Below are positions 29,837-37,569 of a stretch of 44,416 nt of DNA, piece after piece (the stretch's first letter is position 1; each line of letters opens with the position of its first letter). The notes beneath the pieces are model-generated. The model was not told the DNA's origin. It saw nothing but the letters and a program-made list of their open reading frames with translations, and did no database searches. Both the position numbers and the translations under genes were made by a program. Origin of the DNA: Eudoraea sp. (GTDB lineage Bacteria > Bacteroidota > Bacteroidia > Flavobacteriales > Flavobacteriaceae); NCBI GenBank assembly GCA_035312365.1, contig DATGCB010000401.1:1-44416 (forward strand), written 5' to 3'.

Positions 29837-29965
29837 ATGGAAGAAGAGTTAGATTTTGGCACACGGATGCTGAACGGCTTTTTAAAAATTATGGTCGTTG
29901 TGCTGGTTGCAATTTTAATTGGCGTTGTGGTTTGTCTTTTGTTGGCAGCCGTTGGGTTATTATAG
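29837..29965 (+). CDS. Putative 42-aa single-TM small protein (not in the ORF track)
   Basis: MEEELDFGTRMLNGFLKIMVVVLVAILIGVVVCLLLAAVGLL*; AT-rich upstream region; hairpin TTTGATCCC-TATC-GGGGTCAAA near 30044-30065. Confidence 0.55.
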   Translation: MEEELDFGTRMLNGFLKIMVVVLVAILIGVVVCLLLAAVGLL

Positions 29966-30335
29966 CCTGATAACGCCATATCCGATCCCCAATCTTACCC
30001 GCAACTATTCCCCATGAATTATCTTATTGTGTGATGTCTGACCTTTGATCCCTATCGGGGTCAAAAGATTATTCATTTTAGCCTCTCTTTCCATTGGCCG
30101 GTACCCAGGTGTTCTCAATACCCCATGGGGGGTCAGTGGACCTCTCCCGTTCGCCCGTATAATATTATAAGGGTATTCTTATGGCATATGTTTCTTTTTC
30201 CTTCATTCCGTCCCCGGTTCCTTTGCTATGATATTAATTAATGTATAAGGGCAATAATTTTATCATTTCTAGTTGTTTATTAAACAATATTTGATTTTTT
30301 TTGCCGTTCGTAGACTAAATTGAACTTTTCGTCGT

Positions 30336-30357
30336 ATATATACAATATTGTATATAT
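30336..30357. promoter_or_regulatory. Perfect 22-bp AT-rich palindrome upstream of the T9SS cargo gene
   Basis: ATATATACAATATTGTATATAT is self-complementary; regulatory role inferred from position. Confidence 0.45.
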
Positions 30358-30523
30358 CACCAATTGAATTGGAAATAACGATTACCCAAACGTACCTATG
30401 AACCGTAATACCCCACGTTTATTTGCTTCGCGGTCGGACTTATGTATTCTCCGGTTTTCTATTCTTTCAAAATTCAAATTTCACAGCTTTAAAAATATTA
30501 TTAACCCCACAAACAATTAACGT

Positions 30524-32800
30524 ATGAAGTTAAAGACTACCCTATTCATTTGTTTCACAGCTTTATTTTCCTACCAGATTCAGGCCCAATGTACGGGTGC
30601 CCAGTTTCAGGAGGTAAACGGTATTGCCGTTATTGAAGCTGAAAACGGAACCCGACCTTCCGCCTGGGCCAGGGAGACCAGCGTATCCGGCGCCACAGGT
30701 GGCGCCTATATGGCATACAGGGGCAGCGATTCTTTTGGAGGTCCCAGCAGCAATGTTGCAAGGTACTCCGTGCGAATTAATTCTCCGGGTACCTACCGCT
30801 TTATCTGGCGCAATAGAATTGGCATCATAGCCAGTTCCAATGCCAATACCGAGCACAATGATTCCTGGCTCCGTTTTCCAAATGCATCGAATTTTTACGG
30901 TCAGAAAGGCAGCAGCCGCATATTCCCAAGAGGTGGCGGAAGTAACGGCCCTTATCCTGAAGGAGCAAGTGCCAGTGGATATTTTAAAATATACACGAAT
31001 ACCCTGGGGTGGAATTGGTCTACCAATACAAGTGATAATGATGCGCACCAGATCTATGTTGTGTTCAACAACGCCGGCGTATATACAATTGAGGTTTCGG
31101 GAAGGTCCCGGGGTCATTTTATTGACAGGATGGTCCTCTATAAAGAAAGTCAGTATTCTTTGAGCAGTGCCCAAAGTACCAACAGATCGCAAACCACTTG
31201 TAGTGGAGGAAGTACTCCTCCGCCACCACCACCGCCATCCGGTGGCACCAATTCTCCAACTGTAAACATCACCAGCCCCACCGATGGGCAGAATTTCAGT
31301 GCGGGGAGCAATGTAACGGTTAATTTGACATCCAATGATGTTGATGGGGATATTACCAAACATGAAATTTTTGTTAACAATGTCAAGGTCGATACGGATG
31401 GTTCATCTTATTCTCCACATATCATCTCCAATATTTCAGCCGGCAGCTACGCTATAAGGGCCCTGGTCACTGACAGCGGGGGCAGGACCGGTTCATCCAC
31501 AAGAAACATAACAGTGGGCGGGGGCTCTCCGCCACCGCCACCGCCACCAACAGGAAGTAACAATCCGCCTTCTGTGAGCATTACAAATCCGGGTAACGGG
31601 CAGAGTTTTAGCGCCGGAAGCAATGTAAGTGTTGGGGTGTCGGCCAGTGATTCTGACGGAAGCGTTGTAAAATACCAGATTTTTGTGAACGGAGCCCTCG
31701 TTGATACCGATGGTTCCGCGTATACGCCACATATAATCTCAAATATTTCCTCCGGCAGTTATGCCATCAAGGCGACGGTAACTGATGACGATGGCGCAAC
31801 TGCTTCCACTACAGTGAACATATCGGTGGGCAGCGGCTCACCACCACCACCTCCACCATCAGGGGGCAACAATCCTCCCTCCGTAAACATTACAAGTCCA
31901 TCCAACGGGCAGAATTTTAGCCCGGGAAGCAATGTAAGTGTTGGAGTGTCGGCCAGCGATTCCGATGGAAGCGTTGTGAAATACCAGATATTTGTCAACG
32001 GTGCCCTTGTTGATACGGACGGGTCATTTTTTACCCCCCATCCTATCAATAATATTTCTGCGGGAAGCTATGCCATCAAGGCAACGGTAACTGATGACGA
32101 TGGCGCAACTGCTTCGACCACAGTAAACATTTCTGTGGGTGGCAGTACAACACCACCGCCACCACCACCACCTTCCGGAGGTGGAGGGATCATCTTCTAT
32201 CTGGTAAATGCCATCACGAATGTGGATAAGGGACCAATGCCTAATGGAAATAATATCGCATTTCCCACAAATATCAACATCAGGGCCGCTTCATCATTTA
32301 GTGGTACCAAGAGTGTTTACTTCAGATTGACCGGACCTGTGAACAGGATTTGGACTGAAAATTCGGCACCATATGCACTTTATGCGGATGTAAATGGAAA
32401 TTACAACTCCGTTAATTTGCCAAATGGTTCCTATACATTAACTGCAGAAGCCTGGTCCGGAAGTAACAGATCGGGTACCAAGCTTGGTAGTTCCACCATC
32501 AATTTCACGGCAGGAACCAACCTGGCCAGTAAGGTTGTGGGGCAGGTATATGTTTATCCGAACCCTATTAAAAATGGCAAGTTCTCTGTAAAATTGCCAG
32601 AGGAAGTTACAGGCGATGTTAGCTACAGACTCATCTCAACTTCAGGGGTTGAAGTTGAAGCGGGTACGTTAAGCATCGACAGGGCCAATGGCAATGCCGA
32701 ATTTAATTTGAGTTCCTTTGACAATAAGAACAATGGTGTCTACTATCTCATGTTGCAGACCAATGCATCCAGATATACGTTGCCTTTGATCAAAAAATAA
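30524..32800 (+). CDS. T9SS-secreted multidomain protein: CBM-like N-terminal domain, 3 Ig-like repeats with poly-Pro linkers, an extra beta domain and a type A CTD
   Basis: Signal peptide; IEAEN start of a beta-sandwich; three P.V.IT.P..GQ.F...SD.DG...F.VN...G.YAI.A.VTD repeats; C-terminal VYPNP...GVYYL.L...LIKK. Confidence 0.88.
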   Translation: MKLKTTLFICFTALFSYQIQAQCTGAQFQEVNGIAVIEAENGTRPSAWARETSVSGATGGAYMAYRGSDSFGGPSSNVARYSVRINSPGTYRFIWRNRIGIIASSNANTEHNDSWLRFPNASNFYGQKGSSRIFPRGGGSNGPYPEGASASGYFKIYTNTLGWNWSTNTSDNDAHQIYVVFNNAGVYTIEVSGRSRGHFIDRMVLYKESQYSLSSAQSTNRSQTTCSGGSTPPPPPPPSGGTNSPTVNITSPTDGQNFSAGSNVTVNLTSNDVDGDITKHEIFVNNVKVDTDGSSYSPHIISNISAGSYAIRALVTDSGGRTGSSTRNITVGGGSPPPPPPPTGSNNPPSVSITNPGNGQSFSAGSNVSVGVSASDSDGSVVKYQIFVNGALVDTDGSAYTPHIISNISSGSYAIKATVTDDDGATASTTVNISVGSGSPPPPPPSGGNNPPSVNITSPSNGQNFSPGSNVSVGVSASDSDGSVVKYQIFVNGALVDTDGSFFTPHPINNISAGSYAIKATVTDDDGATASTTVNISVGGSTTPPPPPPPSGGGGIIFYLVNAITNVDKGPMPNGNNIAFPTNINIRAASSFSGTKSVYFRLTGPVNRIWTENSAPYALYADVNGNYNSVNLPNGSYTLTAEAWSGSNRSGTKLGSSTINFTAGTNLASKVVGQVYVYPNPIKNGKFSVKLPEEVTGDVSYRLISTSGVEVEAGTLSIDRANGNAEFNLSSFDNKNNGVYYLMLQTNASRYTLPLIKK
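31247..32175 (+). repeat. Three tandem intragenic repeats of about 310 bp (Ig-like domain plus PPPPPP linker)
   Basis: Units start near 31247, 31559 and 31868; units 2 and 3 share long identical DNA runs such as AGCAATGTAAGTGTTGG and ACGGTAACTGATGACGATGGCGCAACTGCTTC. Confidence 0.9.
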
Positions 32801-32818
32801 AATTCGTTTTTTGAATGC

Positions 32819-32847
32819 AACAGCCTCCTTCCGGAGGCTGTTTTTTT
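32819..32847 (+). terminator. Intrinsic terminator
   Basis: AACAGCCTCC-TTCC-GGAGGCTGTT followed by a T run. Confidence 0.9.
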
Positions 32848-32974
32848 GGTCCCTACTTTTACCGACGTTGGGGACTAAAAAGAAAATGAGGCACTATTGG
32901 GATATGAACCCTTATTGGTATTATCACTTAAACCTGCATGTTTCCCGCCCTGGGAAAAATGGAAAGGACCGTTG

Positions 32975-33742
32975 TTACCGGAAAGAGATGGTAAGGCCTA
33001 TCGGACAATGATCAGAGCCAAGAACATCGGAAAAAATGGTTGATGATTTAACCTTATCGATCAATGAAGGGCTGATTAAAAAATAGTCGATACGCCAGCC
33101 TGTATTTCGTTCCCGGGCCTTGAACCTATAACTCCAATAGGTATACGCCACGCGATCTGGATGCAAGAGCCTGAAGGAATCCACCAAACCCGCGTTGATA
33201 AAATTATCCATTCCGTCAATCTCGGTTTGGGTATACCCGGCTGTCTTGTTGTAATTCGACTTATCATTCTTAAGGTCAATAGGTCGATGGGCCACGTTAA
33301 AATCCCCACATGCAATGATGGGCTTGCTTTGCTCAAGGCCCTTCAGGTAATTCAGAAAATCTGCATCCCATTGTTTTCTGTAGTCCAGTCGATCCAACTT
33401 TTGCCCGGAGTTTGGGACATACACATTCACCAAAAAGAAATCTTCATATTCAGCGCATTGTATCCGTCCCTCAGCGTCGTGCATGACCACACCCATATCA
33501 CGAGTCAGGCCTAAAGGTTCGGTTTTGGTCAACAATGCAGTTCCCGCGTATCCTTTTTTTACAGCGGAATTATAATGGCGGTGGTAGCCGGTCATGGGGG
33601 CCAGGGTATTCTCCACTTCTTCTTCCTGGGCCTTGGTCTCCTGCAGGCACAGTATATCCGGACTTAACTTTTCTACAGATGTGAAAAAATCCTTTTTAGC
33701 AGCGGCCCGTATGCCGTTGACGTTCCAGGAAATAATCTTCAT
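32975..33742 (-). CDS. xth: Exodeoxyribonuclease III / AP endonuclease
   Basis: MKIISWNVNGIRA, LCLQETK, VYVPN, GDFNVAH, GWRIDY, GSDHCP; start moved to ATG 33742. Confidence 0.95.
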   Translation of the reverse strand: MKIISWNVNGIRAAAKKDFFTSVEKLSPDILCLQETKAQEEEVENTLAPMTGYHRHYNSAVKKGYAGTALLTKTEPLGLTRDMGVVMHDAEGRIQCAEYEDFFLVNVYVPNSGQKLDRLDYRKQWDADFLNYLKGLEQSKPIIACGDFNVAHRPIDLKNDKSNYNKTAGYTQTEIDGMDNFINAGLVDSFRLLHPDRVAYTYWSYRFKARERNTGWRIDYFLISPSLIDKVKSSTIFSDVLGSDHCPIGLTISFR

Positions 33743-33967
33743 AGCCTTTTGTATTGAACCGATTAAAGATACCATTTTGTTACCACATTCCAGCGCAGAT
33801 GAAAACATGCGCTTCCCGGAAACAGGCCTTATTTATATGAATACATCATTTGCCACCACCATATATTTTTGAATAAAATAAGGAAGGCATCAGACCCATA
33901 TTTGTAATAGTTTCAGTAACCCGAAGGGAGGACGACTTAAACATGAAGCACCCTGCGGGTTTATTTC

Positions 33968-34420
33968 CTATGAAATCCTCTGCTTCCCTGTAATTTCCGC
34001 GATATTGATGCGGTATACTATGGGAATACCCTGAGTGTTTGTCTTGCTGGAAAATTCATGAAGGAATCGAGGAGCCGTTACCCCTTTACGTCGAATGTTT
34101 ATTTTCACGCCCTCTGCAAATTTGTGAAGGATATGTTTGGCATCGATCCCACTCAATTCTTCAAAGGTACCGTGAATCAATACAGACCTCCAGTTATTCA
34201 AAGAAGTGATATCATCCACCTGAAAAGCAACGGTACGATTTTTACGCATGGCCTCAATTTTCCCTCCTTCCGAGGAATACGAAAATATACTATGTTGCTC
34301 CGGGTCATAGTGATAGGTGATGGGGATGATATCGGGGTTGCCTTTTGCCATAAAGGCGATACGTCCAATGTAGTTTGTGCTAAGCAATTCGATACTCTTT
34401 TTGGCACTCAGGTTTTTCAT
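33968..34420 (-). CDS. Pyridoxamine 5'-phosphate oxidase-like flavin-nucleotide-binding protein
   Basis: IGRIAF, P.IIPITY, KIEAMRKN..V.FQVD, WRSVL.HG.FEEL split-barrel pattern. Confidence 0.85.
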   Translation of the reverse strand: MKNLSAKKSIELLSTNYIGRIAFMAKGNPDIIPITYHYDPEQHSIFSYSSEGGKIEAMRKNRTVAFQVDDITSLNNWRSVLIHGTFEELSGIDAKHILHKFAEGVKINIRRKGVTAPRFLHEFSSKTNTQGIPIVYRINIAEITGKQRIS

Positions 34421-34508
34421 CACTCCTATTTTTAATCTTTATTTAACTATTAAAATAGTGGGTCAGTAATTGGCAACGCCGGTAAAGGCATCTCAAAATC
34501 CATTTTAT

Positions 34509-34552
34509 CAAATATAAAATATACCATCCGGGTAATTTATGATTTTGGTCAT
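34509..34552 (-). promoter_or_regulatory. ATGA-N6-TCAT box plus TATATTTG -7 element for the flavin-binding protein gene
   Basis: ATGATTTTGGTCAT at 34539-34552; CAAATATA at 34509-34516; 22-nt spacer. Confidence 0.7.
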
Positions 34553-34595
34553 TTATAACATCATAGCATGGTCATGGTCCGTCTGCATTTCAAAA

Positions 34596-34639
34596 CTGAT
34601 ATAAATCATAGTATCCTGCTTAAAACCATCCTATATTTG
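34596..34639 (+). promoter_or_regulatory. CTGA-N6-TCAT box plus TATATTTG -7 element for the PepSY-like protein gene
   Basis: CTGATATAAATCAT at 34596-34609; TATATTTG at 34632-34639; 22-nt spacer. Confidence 0.7.
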
Positions 34640-34700
34640 CCTATACCTCCAAGGTAGCTCATAGATACCCGGTTTAATACTTTGATTAGTGAATGCTGTT

Positions 34701-35210
34701 ATGAAAAAACCATGGCTTGTTTTAATCGCGCTTGCACTCACCTCCCTGTCGTTTGCTCAAAATATAAAAACTGAGGAGCTTTCCGAGGTAACCGTCCATG
34801 CCACCAACTATAAGTATTTGAACAGTATGAATACACGGGAGGTATCTTCTGTCCCTGTTGAACTACTAGTACAAAAAGTAGCATCTTTTGACTTAAAAAA
34901 CTCAGAATTCTATCAGGATGATTATGACCTGTACCATATAACGTTTTATATCCCCGAGGGGAAAATTCTTGCGGCCTATGATAAGGAAGGGAAGCTACTC
35001 CGTACCGCTGAAAGGTTCAGGGATATCAACCTTCCAACATCGGTTAAAAAAACGGTATCAGACACGTATCCCGGCTGGAAGATCACGAAGGATATATACC
35101 TGGTAACCTATAACAATGAAAAAGGTGCCAATAAAAGATATAAGTTAAAATTGGAAAAGGGCAAAAAGACCCTCAGGGTAAAAATTGATGAAACGGGAAG
35201 AATTCTTTAG
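34701..35210 (+). CDS. Exported hypothetical protein with a PepSY/BLIP-like C-terminal region
   Basis: Signal peptide ending SFAQ; A.YDKEGKLL...LP.SV...V...YPGW.I and KIDETGRIL patterns; ATG 34701 preferred over GTG 34689. Confidence 0.75.
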   Translation: MKKPWLVLIALALTSLSFAQNIKTEELSEVTVHATNYKYLNSMNTREVSSVPVELLVQKVASFDLKNSEFYQDDYDLYHITFYIPEGKILAAYDKEGKLLRTAERFRDINLPTSVKKTVSDTYPGWKITKDIYLVTYNNEKGANKRYKLKLEKGKKTLRVKIDETGRIL

Positions 35211-35629
35211 TCACTTCGGGGACCCGTTACCGATAAGATTTAAATCCCGTTTGTTCTGAAAGTACATGAAGCCACATTCAAAATATCTGCTTGAGGATAG
35301 GCGGAGTTTCAGGTATTTTAACAAAGCCTTGGGGACCATACAGGATATGTTACCCGTATATAATAATACGGACCTGCAGTCCGTGACAGACCACCATCTT
35401 ATTACCCAGCACCCTATGCCCGGGAGATACCATCAGACATCCGGGGTCGTGACCAATTTGGTTGCTTCCATGTTGTAATTGCAGGAAGGGAGGGAGTTGA
35501 GAAGCATGCCATCATTAAGGCTACAAACCAGCTAGTCCCGACTTTGGATATCATAAACCATAGGAATGGAAATTGTATTTTCCCTCCTAACGAGGATCAA
35601 TTTATCACAGAACCCATAATACCTCTTCG

Positions 35630-36118
35630 GTGGAACATAATTCGTTATTACGCAAGGCAGGAAGAAGACGCGCACTTCGGAGAACCGGAATGTCCGGGAG
35701 TACATTAGCACAGATGCAGGTTAACGCAGATTCCCTGGAAAATCTCTTCAAAAAAGGCCTTAAAGGCATGGCGTCTGTACTTAATAAGGACCTGGTCTGT
35801 TCGGTCGATCATTATGATTGTGTCATGAAGGTAAAAATTACGGCAGCGGACAGTGGGATGTTATTTATGAAATTTTTGAATAAGGCGGTGGAATTGACAC
35901 ATATTCAAAAGGCTGTTTTCTGCCATGTTTATGTGGAGGAATTTACACCAGAAAAGCTTGTTGGACAGTTATATGGCTGTTGGTATGAGCATCTGGACCT
36001 CGAAATAAAATCGGTGGCCGATTGCGCCCTTAGTGTCTGCCCTGATGACCGGTCATGGAAAGGTTCCGTCGCCTTTGAGCTTTATGGGCGAACACATAAT
36101 TTATCGGTTAAACACTGA
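35630..36118 (+). CDS. Divergent archease-like protein
   Basis: ADSLENLF..G..GM..VL, I.A.D...L...FL, KAVFC, LDLEIKSV...W...V.FE follow the archease layout, but the conserved motifs are degenerate; start uncertain. Confidence 0.65.
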   Translation: MEHNSLLRKAGRRRALRRTGMSGSTLAQMQVNADSLENLFKKGLKGMASVLNKDLVCSVDHYDCVMKVKITAADSGMLFMKFLNKAVELTHIQKAVFCHVYVEEFTPEKLVGQLYGCWYEHLDLEIKSVADCALSVCPDDRSWKGSVAFELYGRTHNLSVKH

Positions 36119-36420
36119 TCCTACGATAGGTTTTGGCCGTCCCAAATGCTACAGCTTTAATTTTCGGGGTAGCCTATCCCCTGCATTAATTGTCCAGGTT
36201 TGGGTAGCCCGCACCGCAATGTCCTTCACTTTTACAATCATCAAATTATCTAGCCCGACTTTTATCCGGCAATGCATACGACCCATTCGTTGCACCTGAG
36301 AAAAAGGAGAAGCGACTTCTTGTTAGTGGTAATATATGTTACCTTTAGGGGGTTAAGCTTATTGAGCGGTTGAGAAGAAATTAATCGGCACCAGCGCACC
36401 TTGTTAATTTCTCCTATATC

Positions 36421-36464
36421 ATGACTTTCCTCATATTCATAAAATGGATTTTCATGTTATTTTG
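36421..36464 (+). promoter_or_regulatory. ATGA-N6-TCAT box plus -7-like element for the ABC exporter operon
   Basis: ATGACTTTCCTCAT at 36421-36434; TTATTTTG at 36457-36464, same 22-nt spacer. Confidence 0.55.
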
Positions 36465-36486
36465 ACCTGTTCCCAAGCCCAATGTT

Positions 36487-37569
36487 ATGAAACACTTTTT
36501 CTTGTTAATTTTTATCGTTCAAGTCTTTTCCTGCACTGAACAGCAAGAACGTATTCTCCCAAAAAAAACAAAACTTACGGAATCTGTATATTCCTCCGTA
36601 ATTGTTCAACCCGATAGTTTGTACCAGGCCTATGCTGCCGTTGCGGGTATACTGGATCAAAATCTGGTGGAGGAAGGCGACGTGGTCAGCAAGGGGGACC
36701 CACTGCTACAGATCATAAACAATACCCCAAGGCTAAGTGCGGAAAATGCCAGGTTGTCACTACAGTTATCGAGAGACAATTATGAGGGAAGCGCCGCAGT
36801 GCTCAAAGGAATCGAGGATGAGATAGCTGCCGCCGAACTTAGCCTTAAAAATGATTCTGTCAACTTTGAGCGTCAGAAAAAACTGTGGGATCAGAAAATA
36901 GGGGCTAAGGTGGAGTTTGATAGCAGGAAATTGGCCTACCAACTGTCCCAAAATAAGCTGACCCTTTTGAAAAGCAGATACGCACGTACAAAGAATGAGC
37001 TCGGGACACAGCTGCAGCAGGCGGAGAATAATTACAGGACCTCCCAGATCGCTAACAAGGATTTTACGATCACCAGTAAAATAAATGGAAAAGTATACGC
37101 GCTCAATAAAAATCCGGGTGAAATTGTTACGACCATGGAACCCCTGGCGGCCGTCGGCAGCAGCAGTATTTTTGTCATAGAAATGCTGGTAGACGAGGAG
37201 GACATCGTAAAACTGGTTATCGGGCAAAGGGCCCTGATCACCCTCGACGCATATAAGTCTAAGGTATTTTTGGCTTCCGTAAGTAAGATCTATCCACGAA
37301 AAGATGAACGCTCCCAAACCTTCAAGGTGGAAGCTATTTTTGAGGACCCTCCTGAAATTCTTTACCCGGGCTTGTCGGGGGAAGGAAATATCATAATCGC
37401 TGAAAAGGAGAATGCTCTTACCATTCCCAGAGATTTTCTTATTGGGGACCGTAAAGTATTGACCGATAATGGGGTTGTGGAAGTAAGCACGGGACTGCAA
37501 AATTTGGAACAGGTTGAAATTTTGGATGGGATCAATGAAAACACCTATCTCTTAAAACCGGAAGAATGA
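36487..37569 (+). CDS. Efflux periplasmic adaptor (HlyD/MacA-like), lipoprotein
   Basis: Lipobox VFSC; VEEGDVVSKGDPLL lipoyl half-motif, coiled coil, VDEEDI, LYPGLSGEGNI. Confidence 0.9.
   Translation: MKHFFLLIFIVQVFSCTEQQERILPKKTKLTESVYSSVIVQPDSLYQAYAAVAGILDQNLVEEGDVVSKGDPLLQIINNTPRLSAENARLSLQLSRDNYEGSAAVLKGIEDEIAAAELSLKNDSVNFERQKKLWDQKIGAKVEFDSRKLAYQLSQNKLTLLKSRYARTKNELGTQLQQAENNYRTSQIANKDFTITSKINGKVYALNKNPGEIVTTMEPLAAVGSSSIFVIEMLVDEEDIVKLVIGQRALITLDAYKSKVFLASVSKIYPRKDERSQTFKVEAIFEDPPEILYPGLSGEGNIIIAEKENALTIPRDFLIGDRKVLTDNGVVEVSTGLQNLEQVEILDGINENTYLLKPEE

Noticed and set aside
29671-29979. 102-aa minus-strand ORF
   Set aside because: Its Thr/Ile/Lys bias is what the antisense of the hydrophobic plus-strand microprotein would give, and it overlaps the MFS gene end
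33837-33849. ATGA-ATACA-TCAT upstream of xth as another regulon box
   Set aside because: Spacer is 5 nt rather than 6, and there is no correctly spaced -7 box
35266-35478. 70-aa ORF between the PepSY-like and archease-like genes
   Set aside because: No motif, signal peptide or TM segment; cannot be supported without homology data
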